Source: Candidatus Latescibacterota bacterium
GTDB lineage: Bacteria; Latescibacterota; UBA2968; UBA8231
DNA: 53,545 bases
Assembly (NCBI GenBank): GCA_965205655.1
Contig: CBDBIJ010000143.1
Span: 1-53,545 of the forward strand
Reading direction: 5' to 3'
Positions within the stretch are counted from its first letter, which is position 1. Every line of letters starts with the position of its first letter. A model generated the notes under the pieces. That model worked only from the letters and a program-made list of their open reading frames with translations, was not told where the DNA came from and did not search any database. Position numbers and translations under genes: made by a program. Of the stretch, positions 28,921 through 39,479 are shown piece by piece.

Positions 28921-30765
28921 CTACGACGCCATCGTCTCGTCGATCAGATCCCGGTAGCGCTCCTCGATGACCCCTGGAACGATTTTCTTGAGTCCGCGCG
29001 TCAGTGTTCCCGAATCCTCGTCGAGTGATTCAGGCAGAATTAGCACCTTGTGCGGGCGCTCGTGCCCGGGCAGGCCGAAGCTGTCCGCCTCCCTGAGCAG
29101 GTGCTGACGGAGGCGATCCTCCAGGAGCTGGGATCCCCGTATCTCCGACTCTCCGAGCCCCTGCAGCTCGGGCAGCCTTGACGCCTCTTCGATATCGATG
29201 GCGACGATTATGAGGGGATGACTCCACTTCTGCATGCCGGCGACGAGCACGTGCTCGACGAGCGCAACTCGCGCGAAAATCCGCTCCAGCAACTCCGGGT
29301 TCACGAACTCCCCGTTCGCCAGCTTGAACTGCCGGCCCAGTCGACCTCTGAAGGTCAGAAACCCGTCCGCGTCGATGCTGAACAGATCGCCGGTCCGATA
29401 CCACATGCGGCCGGCTTCATCCCGAACGAGCACGCGCGCCGTTTCCTCCTCGTCGTTCAGATACCCCTTCATGACGTTCCGCCCGCTCACCCACAGCTCT
29501 CCCACCTCCCCATCGCTGCCGCGGCAGACCCCCGCCTCGGGGTCACAGTAGCCGACCTCGGCACCCTCGCCGGTGACCAGTTTCGCCGTCAGCAGCGGTC
29601 TGCCGACGGTGCCCGTCTTCCGCCCTGTCCGTTGGTTCGTGGCGATCAGGGGAGCGCACTCCGTCGTTCCGTAGCCCTCGTAGGTGCGGATATCCAGCAC
29701 GTCCTGAAAGAAATCGAGCGCCTCGGGATCTGCTTTGGCGGAGCCGACGACGAGCAGTTCCAGGCTCCGCCCGACGCGGGTGGCGAGCTGCTGCTTGATT
29801 TTGCCGATGATGACGCCGCCAAGAGTGGCGTCTAGGAGGCGATCCAGGCCCCCGGCGCGGCCTCTCGCCTTTCGCTGTCTTGCCTTCACCGACCGGGCCA
29901 CGAGCCGGCCCTTGATGCCGCCGGCGTCGATTTCCTTGCGCACATTGCCATAGACCTTGTCGAGCACGAGAGGCACAGTGAGCAGCCCCTGCGGCTCCGA
30001 GCGTCGGATATCGCTCAGAACGCGGTCGGGCGATCGGGCCATATCGAGAACCCACCCCTTCGCCAGGGGGTAATAGATGTTGAGAATCCCCATCGAGTGG
30101 TACTCCGGCGCCGACTTGAAAAACCTGAAGGGGTCCTTGTCGCTGATAGCATCCCACACCTCCTCGACGTTGGCGACGATGTTGGCGTGCGTCTGTATGA
30201 CCCCCTTGGGCAGCCCCGATGAACCTGATGTATAGAGGATCTTGCTCTCGTCATCCGGGAAGACCTCTACCTCGGGTGGCGGCTCCTGCGAGCCGACAAA
30301 CTCGGGCCACGACACGGCGCCATCGCGACTGCCGTCCGTCAGAACGATTCTCGGTCCACCCCCCTCCAGAGAGGAGCGCACGGCGCTGATTCTCTCATCT
30401 CCGACAGTGTCCGCAACGACGAGTCCGACATCGGAGTGACTGAGATTATGCGCCAGGATTTCGGGGGGAGACTTGATGCACAGCGGCACCGCACACACAC
30501 CCAGAACGTCGGTGGCCAGGAAAACCAGCAGCGGCTCCAGACCCCCGTCAGTCAGGATGCCGACTCTGTCTCCCTTGCGAATAGACATGCGGGACATGCC
30601 GGCGGCCACGGCGTCCCTTTGCAGCTTCAGCTCGGAGTAGGTGATTGGACGGTACTCGAGATCCCCACCTATCGTGTTCGGTACGAGATGCCGCACCGCC
30701 ACGCGCTCGGCGTGCTGCGCAAATGCTCGGTTCATCAAGTCTTTGAGTGTCATGCGGGTAGCCAT
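28921..30765 (-). CDS. long-chain acyl-CoA synthetase (AMP-binding)
   Basis: YTSGSSGLPKG, YEGYGTTE, YRTGD, FKLANGEFVNP. Confidence 0.9.
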   Translation of the reverse strand: MATRMTLKDLMNRAFAQHAERVAVRHLVPNTIGGDLEYRPITYSELKLQRDAVAAGMSRMSIRKGDRVGILTDGGLEPLLVFLATDVLGVCAVPLCIKSPPEILAHNLSHSDVGLVVADTVGDERISAVRSSLEGGGPRIVLTDGSRDGAVSWPEFVGSQEPPPEVEVFPDDESKILYTSGSSGLPKGVIQTHANIVANVEEVWDAISDKDPFRFFKSAPEYHSMGILNIYYPLAKGWVLDMARSPDRVLSDIRRSEPQGLLTVPLVLDKVYGNVRKEIDAGGIKGRLVARSVKARQRKARGRAGGLDRLLDATLGGVIIGKIKQQLATRVGRSLELLVVGSAKADPEALDFFQDVLDIRTYEGYGTTECAPLIATNQRTGRKTGTVGRPLLTAKLVTGEGAEVGYCDPEAGVCRGSDGEVGELWVSGRNVMKGYLNDEEETARVLVRDEAGRMWYRTGDLFSIDADGFLTFRGRLGRQFKLANGEFVNPELLERIFARVALVEHVLVAGMQKWSHPLIIVAIDIEEASRLPELQGLGESEIRGSQLLEDRLRQHLLREADSFGLPGHERPHKVLILPESLDEDSGTLTRGLKKIVPGVIEERYRDLIDETMAS

Positions 30766-30980
30766 GCTTTGGAGAGGCAAAATGATAGGGGGCGCTGCGG
30801 CATCCGGCAACCGGTGCCCTGTTGGGAAATAGGGCACTTGGAAAGGTTGACTTTCCGTGGCCGCGCGATCACTATAACGGGACTATATTTGGGCCATTCT
30901 GTCTACGACCTCCCCGACCGGACGCTCGGAGCCAGCTGTGATTCTAAACCCGCGCGCGAAAAGGTCATCCCGGAACAGCT

Positions 30981-33955
30981 ATGGACGACGAAAAAGATCC
31001 AAAGCAGGCCAGCTCCACAGAAGAGGAAAACGCGGGCGATGACGCCGACCTTCTCGGTGGGCTCGAATCCCTGCTCGACGAGGAGAGCACTGGCCTCGAT
31101 CTGGGCGATGACGACCTCAGCGAAGACGACCTCACCGATCTGTTCGACGACGATGAGGATGGATCGGAGCCTGAGAGTACCAAAGACGCCAGGCAAACCA
31201 AAGATCGGGGACGACCGCGCTCAGCGCGCCAGGACCGCCGGCTGCGGGATCAGGAGGGGTACCAGAGCCTGGAGGCGCACCTCCGGGCGACGCCCCTCGG
31301 CCTGGAGATTTCAGATGACAAGATGACGGCCACCGTCAGCCGCATCACGGCTGACAACTCCCTGGAGGAGATCCTCGGCCTCATCAAGCGCGAAAAAATC
31401 GTCAACGGCATCGACCACGATGCGATCCGCACGGCTCTCTCCAAAGCGGCCACCGGCCAGAGTCAATATGAGGTAACCGTCGCCCGGGGCGACCGCCCCA
31501 ACGTCGTCACGCCCACCGAAATCGTTCATCACCTTCCCGAAGAGCTCATCACCGAGAAAGACGCGCAGAAGACGGATTTTGAGCGCCTCAAGAGACTCCT
31601 GGAGGGAGAATTCCTGGAGGCGTGCAAGAATTGGGAGGGACCGGTCAAGTTTGTCCGCAAGGGGGATCTCATCTCCGAGATCATACCCGCCGAGATCGAG
31701 CCCGGCTGCGATGTCTTCGGAGGGCAGGTGGCGCTGGAGAACACTGCCACGCTTTCATTGGAGGCCGGGGACAACGTCACCTTGTCCGAGGACGAGATGC
31801 AGGCGACGGCGGATTTGTACGGCTACGCCGGGCTCCTCTTCGGTCAGCCCACGGTCGTTCCACCCGTGTGGATGTCCAATGACCACATGGAGGCACGCTT
31901 CGTCTACCATGCTCCATCCTCCGACCCCCCAGTGCCCAGCGAAGAGGAGCTGCTCGAAATCCTGGAGATGAAGTGGATCGAATACGGCGTCATGGAGAAG
32001 CAGCTGGAGCTGATCACCAAGCGTATGGAACAGAAGCAGGCCCTGCCTGTGAGCGTTCCGATCGCCCAGGGAACGCCGGAAATTCACGGCGAGGATGCGC
32101 AGATCAAGTACGCCTTCGATCCCTTCGAGCTGATGAAATGGAATCAGCTGCAGAGTATTCTCAGTCTCAAGACAGCGGAAGAAATAGACAGCTCCCTCAA
32201 CATGCTGTATGAGGACGACGAGGAAGACAACAGCGGCATCCGCTTCAAAGCCGTTCGTCCCGACGACGTCGTGGCGGAGAAAATCCCGGCGACCTCCGGT
32301 GTGGTCGGCAAGGATATCCAGGGAGAGGATGTCACGCCCAACGAGGGCAACGACGTGCCGCTGGAGTTCGGGGAAGGGCTGGTTGTCAGCGGCGATGGTC
32401 TGAAGTGCACGTCACAGCACTTTGGGTTCGTGGGCCTGAAGTGGGACATCGAGATGAACGTGTTCTCGCCGCTGTTTGTCTCGCCGGACCGAGTCGCCGT
32501 CTACTTCCTCAACCTGCCCCAGAGCCAGAATCCCAGGTACCCCTCGGTCGAGCATATGCAGGCGTTTGATGGACCAGACTGAGATCCTACACGGCTACAA
32601 CGCCGAGCGCTGGGCCGAGACTCTCCAGGAGCTCGAAGCAGGCACCAGGACTGAGTACCTCATCTGCGTCGCTCAGGCCACACCTGCACAGCCTGGCGAA
32701 GACGCCCAGTTCGAATGGACCGTCCAGATCGAGGCCAACCAGCCCGGCAAGATAATGGAGGACGGCACCATCGACTTCCGAGATCGCAACTTGAACACGG
32801 TCGTTTCCGAAGGCGACATGCTCGGCAAGCTCGTTCCGCCCAAGGCGGGCGTGCCCGGCAAGGACGTCTACGGCGACGTGCTTCAGCCGCCGGCGCCGCT
32901 CAACATCGAGATCGTCACGGACTCCCGCATTTACGCGGAGCCGGAGGAAGACGGCCGCATGGCGTTTTTCTGCGAGAGTGGCGGCGGCATCGCCACGGAT
33001 GAGGAGATCAAGACGGTCAAGGGCCGGACCCACAAGCGCATCAACATCGGCGTCTACCCGATTTCCAACATCGAAGGTGACGTGGACTATCACACCGGCA
33101 ACATCGACTTCAACGGCGATGTCGTCATCGGCGGGTCGGTACAGTCTCAATTCTCCGTAAAGGCGACCGGGTCCGTGACCATCGCCGGATACATCGAGGC
33201 AGGGGCTTACGTCACCGCCGGCAAGGACCTGCTGTGCCAGCGCGGTGTGGTGGGAGCGAGCACGGAACTGGTCGCGGGCGGCGACGTCATGGCCAAGTTC
33301 ATCCAGGAGTCCACCGTCAAGGCCAGCGGCGACATTAGGGTCGGCAGCTACATCTTCAACGCCTCCGTCAGAGCCGGAGGCGAGGTTGTCGTGCCGGGAA
33401 TGGGCGAGGGTAAATCGCGCGCCCTCGTGGGCGGTTTGATCTGGGGGGCGAAGGGAATCTCGGCGCGCTCCGTCGGCTCCCCGTACAACACGAGCACCAG
33501 ACTCGTCGTCGGCGTCGATCCGGACCAGGTGAATCGCGCCGACCAGATCCGCGCCAACATGCAGGCCTGCCAGCAAAAACAGCTCAAGCTGCTGAAAAAG
33601 GTCGGTGTCGACACCCTCGATTTGCAGCTCATCAAACAAAAGCTCGCCCATTGCGACTCACCCAAGCAGAAGCAGGCCATGCTCATGGCGGTCAAGCGCA
33701 TCGCCAAGATCGCCGAGCTTGAGCAGAACCAGCAACAGGAGCTCGAGGAGATCGCCGAGGCCCAGCGGAAAACTGTCGCGCCAGACGAACGTCAACGTCA
33801 TCGCCGAGTTCTTCGCCGGCGTCGAGCTCAGGATCGGGGAGCAGACCGACCTCATCCGCGAGGACTCGGAGAAGGTGAGCTTCCGCCTCGTCACCGAGGA
33901 GGAAGAGGAGAAGATCCAGATGGACGGGCTCAGCGGCAACGTGAAATTGTCATAG
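30981..33955 (+). CDS. large FapA/DUF342-family protein (frameshifts near 32560 and 33770)
   Basis: Repeated ISxDKMxA / GxD(V/I)xG units, DGTIDFRDRN, GDVDYHTGNIDFNGDVVIGGSV, beta-helix, T.LVVG, coiled coil, FFAGVELRIG C-terminus in ORF 33605..33955. Confidence 0.82.
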
Positions 33956-35631
33956 TGTCCGGACCTTCGCTTCCCTTCCTTGCCTGCACCTGCGCTTTGA
34001 CCATATCGGGGCTGGTCGGCTCACCGCGGCCGGCGGTGTCGGCCGTAGGGCTGCAGCCACCTTCTCAGACCGGGACCCAGTACAGCGTCAGTATGGGCAC
34101 GGTCACGGCGATGGGCGAACAGCTCTACCGGATCAGCCTGCGCCCGGACATCCCGCTGGGCAAGATGGGCGTCGCCTTCGATATCGAGCTCTTCATCGAC
34201 GAGCGAGGCGACTTGAGCGACCGGGGCTGGGAGTTCGACGGCTCCACCGAGGTTCTGGATACGGCATTGCGCAAGATCTACTACCTGCGCTACGGCCGCC
34301 CGGGGGACGACGTCTTCATTCGCGTCGGCGCCCTCGACCGGGTTTCCCTCGGATACGGCCTCATCGTCGATCGCTACCGCAATACCCTCCACTATCCCGG
34401 CGTCAAGAAAACGGGGCTCGAGTTCGAATTTCGCAACGTGACCCCGGCTGGCCTCACCATCGAGGGGCTGGTGAACAACCTTCAGGATCTGACCGAAGGC
34501 GGCGCCCTCGTCGGAATGCGGGTATCGGGCGTGGCGACCGGCAAGCTCGAGGTGGGGTTGACCTACGTCGTTGACCTGGACCAGTACGGTGGCCTCTTCG
34601 ACCGCGACGGCGACGGCTACCCCGATGAGGTGGACGCATTTCCCGAGAACGCGGACCAGGCCCTCGACAACGACGGCGATGGAGTCGCCGACCAGGTTGA
34701 CGGCGACGACGACAACGACGGCCGCATCGATGTGGATGGCGGCAGTGGCCTGCCAACGGCTGTGATCGACGCCCTCGAAGATATCGAGGAGACGCACGGG
34801 GAGGACGTCTTCGCCGTCGACCGCTCGGTGTCGCGCAAGAGTCCCTTCAACAAAGAGCTGGTGGGCCGGGACATGTTCGGCATCGTCGGTCTCGATGTTG
34901 GCTATCCGCTCCTCGAATCGGGGGGCACGCGACTCGTATTGTATGGCCAGGTCGCCCTCATGCTGGACGACGAGGACGAGCTGGCTGCCGAGGACGCCGA
35001 CTCGCAGGGGGTGACCCGCGACAACCGCAAGGCCGAGGGGTTCGGCATCATGGCGCCCGGGCTATTGCTGCAGTTCGGTCCTTTCGAGGGTCGCGCCGAG
35101 TACCGCTATTTTCAGGACGACTTCGATGCCGGCTACTTCGACAACCTCTACGAGCTCGATCGGGCAAGGCTCGACGTAGGCAGCGGCAGGGCCACGCCCA
35201 AGGATGCGGTCCTCGGGCGCGGCGAGAGTGTTCAGGGAGTGTTCGGACGGCTCGGCACGGACGTCTACGGCCTGGTCGACGCCTCCGTCGACTACCAGCA
35301 CCTCGTCGGCTCCGACGATCCGAAGCGTCAGCTCCACGCCGCAGCCAGTATCTCCCGCAAGCTTCTCGACACCGTTCCCCGCCTCACTCTCGCCGAAGCC
35401 TACTATCAGAAAAACAACATCGGCACTCGGTTGGACAAAAACGGACGGCCCGATTCCGAGGACGACTTCCTCGAATCGACCGAAGACACCTTCTACGGTC
35501 ATCGAGTCGGCTTCGAAATGGCCAACGGCGTTTCCCTCGTGTGGGACACCCGCTATCTGTTCGAACGCGGCGCCGATGGACACCTCGACCGCCGCAAGGT
35601 GATGTCGGTCGAGACCGTCTTCAGCTTCTAA
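33955..35631 (+). CDS. putative outer-membrane beta-barrel protein with thrombospondin type-3-like Ca-binding repeats
   Basis: GTG overlapping the upstream TAG; signal peptide; [34 protein letters not shown]; amphipathic strands; terminal VFSF. Confidence 0.72.
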   Translation: MSGPSLPFLACTCALTISGLVGSPRPAVSAVGLQPPSQTGTQYSVSMGTVTAMGEQLYRISLRPDIPLGKMGVAFDIELFIDERGDLSDRGWEFDGSTEVLDTALRKIYYLRYGRPGDDVFIRVGALDRVSLGYGLIVDRYRNTLHYPGVKKTGLEFEFRNVTPAGLTIEGLVNNLQDLTEGGALVGMRVSGVATGKLEVGLTYVVDLDQYGGLFDRDGDGYPDEVDAFPENADQALDNDGDGVADQVDGDDDNDGRIDVDGGSGLPTAVIDALEDIEETHGEDVFAVDRSVSRKSPFNKELVGRDMFGIVGLDVGYPLLESGGTRLVLYGQVALMLDDEDELAAEDADSQGVTRDNRKAEGFGIMAPGLLLQFGPFEGRAEYRYFQDDFDAGYFDNLYELDRARLDVGSGRATPKDAVLGRGESVQGVFGRLGTDVYGLVDASVDYQHLVGSDDPKRQLHAAASISRKLLDTVPRLTLAEAYYQKNNIGTRLDKNGRPDSEDDFLESTEDTFYGHRVGFEMANGVSLVWDTRYLFERGADGHLDRRKVMSVETVFSF

Positions 35632-35637
35632 AACTTC

Positions 35638-36753
35638 GTGAAAATCACAGATGTCTCGGCCTTCGTGCTGAGGCTTCCGGAGGTGACGGCGGCTGCCGAC
35701 GGCACCCAGGATACCTGTCTGATCAAGGTCGTCACCGACGAAGGCATAATCGGTTGGGGAGAGGCAGATTCCGCACCTACCGTCGTCAAGGCGATCGTCG
35801 ACGCTCCGATGTCGCACCAGATCGCCAACGGCCTCGCCAATGCCCTGGTGGGTCCAGGACCCCCTCGCCATCGAGGTCTGCATGGATCGGATGTGGGAAG
35901 CGGTCAACTACTACGGCCGCGCCGCCGTGGGGACCCACGCCATGGGCCGGCGTCAACCTCGCCCTGTGGGATATCCTCGGAAAGGCCTGCCAGCAGCCCG
36001 TCTACCGCCTATTGGGAGGACCCTACGCGACTCGCTTCAGAGCCTACGCATCCAGCCTCTTCGGCCACACGCCAGCCGAGACCTACGAACTGGCGCGCCG
36101 GTTTGCCGACTCTGGTTTCACGGCGATCAAGTTCGGCTGGGGGCCCATGGGCCAGAGCGAGGAACTCGACATCGCTCTGGTGCGGGAGGCTCGTCGGGGC
36201 CGCCGGAGACGACGTCGATGTCCTCATCGATGCGGGGCAGGTCTGGGACTGGAAGACGGCGCTCAACCGGGCCCACCAGTTCGCCGAGTTCCGGCCTTTC
36301 TGGCTCGAGGAACCGCTGCGGCCCGACGACGTTGCCGGCTATGCACGCTTGACTGCATCGAGCCCGATCCCGATCGCTGGGGGAGAGGCCGAATCGCTCT
36401 ACCGGGACTTTGAGCGCCTCATCGTCGAGGGGGGCCTGGACTTTATCCAGCCGGACCCGGCGCGCTGTGGCATCAGCACCATGGTTCAGGTCGGCCGCTT
36501 CGCCGTTCGCCAGCAGGCCCGCGCCGTCAACCACAGCTTCAAGAGCGGCATCACCATCGCCGCCTCCCTCCACGCTGTAGCCGCCATACCTCGCTGCGAG
36601 CTGTTCGAGTTCAGCATGTCAGACTCTCCGTTGCGTCACCAGCTCACCCATGAGCAATTCTCGCTCGAGGATGGCTACGTAAAGATCCCCGAGGAGCCGG
36701 GGTTGGGGATTACGGTGAACGAGGACACACTGTCGAAGTATCTGGTCAGCTGA
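35638..36753 (+). CDS. mandelate racemase/muconate lactonizing enzyme family protein (about three frameshifts)
   Basis: [60 protein letters not shown]. Confidence 0.9.
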   Translation: MKITDVSAFVLRLPEVTAAADGTQDTCLIKVVTDEGIIGWGEADSAPTVVKAIVDAPMSHQIANGLANALVGPGPPRHRGLHGSDVGSGQLLRPRRRGDPRHGPASTSPCGISSERPASSPSTAYWEDPTRLASEPTHPASSATRQPRPTNWRAGLPTLVSRRSSSAGGPWARARNSTSLWCGRLVGAAGDDVDVLIDAGQVWDWKTALNRAHQFAEFRPFWLEEPLRPDDVAGYARLTASSPIPIAGGEAESLYRDFERLIVEGGLDFIQPDPARCGISTMVQVGRFAVRQQARAVNHSFKSGITIAASLHAVAAIPRCELFEFSMSDSPLRHQLTHEQFSLEDGYVKIPEEPGLGITVNEDTLSKYLVS

Positions 36754-36971
36754 CCGCTCTGGCGATCCCACTACCTTCTGGCACCATCCGCTCCAGGCGC
36801 AGACCGGTCCCGCGGAGGCGATCGGCGGTATTTTCACCCAACCGGCCCTTTTCGTCTTTGCAATCAAAGTATTTAGGCCTGTTTTTAACGCAAATAGACT
36901 GTAGCGCTACTCCGCGCGGACAAAACAGGCCGATTTTTCGTGCAAAACATCAATTTTCGGTGAAGCATACG

Positions 36972-37000
36972 TTGCAATAGGCCGATATTTCTCGTATACT
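36972..37000 (+). promoter_or_regulatory. sigma70-type promoter for ilvBN
   Basis: TTGCAA-17-TATACT. Confidence 0.7.
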
Positions 37001-37121
37001 TGCTTACGGCGCTTTGGACCGGCAAGTGTTGACGATCCATAGATTTGCCGGCAGTCAGGTTATGTGAACGGACAATTCATACGAGCTGACAATCAGTTCA
37101 TACAAAAATAAGGCGGATTCC

Positions 37122-38822
37122 ATGAGAGGCGCAGATGCAGTCATCAAGGCAGTCGAGAATCACGGGGTCGAGCACGTTTTCGGGCTCCCGGGTGGCGCCG
37201 CCATGCCGATCTTCGACGCCCTTGTAGATTCGACCGACATACAGCTGATCCTGACCCGCCACGAGCAGGGCGCCACCCACATGGCTGACGGGTACGCCCG
37301 CGCCACCGGCAAGCCAGGCGTCGTCCTGGTGACGTCCGGTCCGGGTGCGACCAATACCATTACAGGTCTGCTCACCGCCCACATGGACTCGGCTCCTCTC
37401 GTCGTCCTCACCGGGCAGACCATCACCCCCATGCTCGGCAAGGACGCCTTTCAGGAGGCCGACGTCTTCGGCGTTTCCATGCCGGTGGTCAAGCATTCCT
37501 ATCTCGTCAAGGAGACGAATGACATCCCCCGCGTGATGAATGAGGCATTCCACATCGCCACCACGGGCAGACAGGGACCCGTTCTCGTCGACCTTCCCAA
37601 GGACGTCACCACGAACGAGTGCACCGCGGACTTTCCCGAAAAGGTCTTCCTGCCCGGTTACCGCCTCGGGCCGAAGCCCGATGCGGAGATCCTCGCCGAA
37701 GCCGCTACCCTTCTCCGCAGAAGCAGGAAACCCCTCCTCTACCTTGGTGGCGGGTGCATTGCCGCCGGCGCGCACGAGGCCGCCCTGGCCTTCGCCGAGA
37801 AAACCCGCATGCCGGTGACGAATACCCTGCTCGGCAAGGGGAGCTTTCCGGAGCAGCACGAGTTGTCCGTGGGGATGCTCGGCATGCACGGCACCGCCTA
37901 CGCCAACAAGGCCGTCGTCGGCTGCGATCTGATCATGTCGGTGGGAGGCCGTTGGGACGACCGCATCACGGGCAAGCTCTCGGAGTTCTGTCCGGACGCG
38001 AAGAAGATCCACGTCGACATCGATCCGGCGGAATACGGCAAGGTCGTCATGCCGGATGTCTTCATCGAGGGGGACGCCCTCGAGGTGCTGGAAGAGCTCA
38101 TCAATTTCGTCGACCCCATCGACACCGCCGACTGGCTTGCCGAGATCGACGAGTGGAAGAGAAAGTATCCCCTCAAATACGGCCGCAAAGGGGGCCTCAA
38201 GATGCAGGCCGTCTTCGATCGGCTCTACGAGCTCACCGACGGGAAGGCGATCGTGACGACGGACGTGGGACAGCATCAGATGTGGGCCGCCCAATTCTAC
38301 AAGACCCGCTACCACCGCCAGTGGCTGTCCTCGGGCGGCGCCGGCAGCATGGGCTTCGGGTTTCCCGCCGCCATCGGCGCCCAGTTGGGGCGACCCGACG
38401 ACACGGTCGTCTCCATCGTCGGCGATGGCGGTTTCCAGATGACGCTGTGCGAGCTGGCCACCGCCGCCATCTACAACCTGCCGGTGAAGGTTCTGGTGAT
38501 GGACAACAAATACCTGGGCATGGTGCGGCAGTGGCAGAACCTGTTTTACGAGAACCGGCTGTCGGGAGTCGATCTGGTCGGCAACCCGGATTTCGTCAAG
38601 CTCGCGGAGGCCTACGACGTCGAGGGGTTCCATCTCAAGCGCACGGCAGACATCGACAAGATCCTGACGAGAATGCTGGAGTGCGACGGTCCCTGCGTCG
38701 TCCACGCGCACTGCGAGAAAGAGGACAACGTCTTTCCGATGATTCCGGCTGGCGCCGCCGTCCACGAGATGATCGTCGGCCCGCCGAAACGGAAACTGGC
38801 GCAACCCACGGGGAGCACGTGA
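37122..38822 (+). CDS. ilvB: acetolactate synthase large subunit
   Basis: [57 protein letters not shown]...N TPP motif. Confidence 0.97.
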   Translation: MRGADAVIKAVENHGVEHVFGLPGGAAMPIFDALVDSTDIQLILTRHEQGATHMADGYARATGKPGVVLVTSGPGATNTITGLLTAHMDSAPLVVLTGQTITPMLGKDAFQEADVFGVSMPVVKHSYLVKETNDIPRVMNEAFHIATTGRQGPVLVDLPKDVTTNECTADFPEKVFLPGYRLGPKPDAEILAEAATLLRRSRKPLLYLGGGCIAAGAHEAALAFAEKTRMPVTNTLLGKGSFPEQHELSVGMLGMHGTAYANKAVVGCDLIMSVGGRWDDRITGKLSEFCPDAKKIHVDIDPAEYGKVVMPDVFIEGDALEVLEELINFVDPIDTADWLAEIDEWKRKYPLKYGRKGGLKMQAVFDRLYELTDGKAIVTTDVGQHQMWAAQFYKTRYHRQWLSSGGAGSMGFGFPAAIGAQLGRPDDTVVSIVGDGGFQMTLCELATAAIYNLPVKVLVMDNKYLGMVRQWQNLFYENRLSGVDLVGNPDFVKLAEAYDVEGFHLKRTADIDKILTRMLECDGPCVVHAHCEKEDNVFPMIPAGAAVHEMIVGPPKRKLAQPTGST

Positions 38823-38827
38823 GAGAG

Positions 38828-39391
38828 ATGGCCGACGACGGAGGTCCGCACAACGGCAGCCAGCCGGCAACCGCGGCGACCGCTGCACCTGCGACTCAGC
38901 CAAAGAGGACGACGATCGGGCTTCTCGTCAACGACATGCCCGGCGTCCTCATGCGCATCAGCCAGGTTTTCAGCCGCAGAGGCTACAACATAGAGTCTCT
39001 CGTCGTGTCATCGGCGCACTTGTCGAACACCTCACGCATGACGATCACCTGCAGTGGTCCGGAAGATGTCCTGCACCAGATCATCCTGCAGCTCGACAAG
39101 CTCGTCGACGTCATCCACGCGCAGGGACCACACCGACGACCAGGCTGTGACTCGCGAACTGGCCATGTTCAAAGTCGCCTGCACTGTCGCGCAGCGCACG
39201 GAGGTTCTTCAGGTCATCGAAGTTGTTCAGAGGAAAGACCGTCGATATTTCCGAAGAGCACGATCACGGTCGAGGCCACCGGGACCTCTGAAAAGATGGA
39301 CGCCATGCAGCGCATGCTGAGCAAGTTCGACCTGCGCGAGATGGTGCGAACCGGGAAGGTGGTCATGGCCCGCGGAAGCGGGGATACGTAG
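38828..39391 (+). CDS. ilvN: acetolactate synthase small regulatory subunit (frameshifted)
   Basis: LVNDMPGVLMRISQVFSRRGYNIESL, QLDKLVDV, RELAMFKV, EMVRTG split across frames between about 39120 and 39260. Confidence 0.93.
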   Translation: MADDGGPHNGSQPATAATAAPATQPKRTTIGLLVNDMPGVLMRISQVFSRRGYNIESLVVSSAHLSNTSRMTITCSGPEDVLHQIILQLDKLVDVIHAQGPHRRPGCDSRTGHVQSRLHCRAAHGGSSGHRSCSEERPSIFPKSTITVEATGTSEKMDAMQRMLSKFDLREMVRTGKVVMARGSGDT

Positions 39392-39421
39392 CGACTGCAG
39401 ACACGTGGCGCCTGAAAAACG

Positions 39422-39454
39422 AAGGGGTGGGAGAATTCTCCCACCCCTTTTTTT
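39422..39454 (+). terminator. intrinsic terminator between convergent ilvN and TBDR
   Basis: Perfect palindrome AAGGGGTGGGAGAATTCTCCCACCCCTT followed by a T run; A run upstream. Confidence 0.88.
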
Positions 39455-39479
39455 GTGGTTGTCGCTGCCCGAACGCCGC

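Noticed and set aside
22703..30765. galU + acyltransferase + acyl-CoA ligase as a glycolipid-anchor pathway for tail-bearing proteins
   Set aside because: No glycosyltransferase or sortase-like gene; the genes are separated by a terminator and an oppositely oriented gene, so proximity is the only support
32476..35631. 1051-aa ORF suggesting a FapA-outer-membrane protein fusion
   Set aside because: An indel near 33770 moves the true FapA C-terminus into ORF 33605..33955; the bridging peptide is Arg-rich nonsense and the second gene has its own GTG and signal peptide
37001..37121. ilv attenuator leader peptide or T-box
   Set aside because: Only ATG-TGA; no Ile/Leu/Val-rich ORF, T-box motif or terminator before ilvB
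37098..38903. Long antisense or alternate-frame ORFs (also 3325..4896, 20286..21311, 37619..39391, 5' part of 44885..46333, 51854..52678)
   Set aside because: Shadow ORFs expected from GC-rich codon bias, overlapping well-supported genes
35638..39391. Programmed ribosomal frameshifting or phase variation in the enolase-family gene and ilvN
   Set aside because: Several shifts per gene, no consistent slippery heptamer or long repeat tract; sequencing indels are more parsimonious
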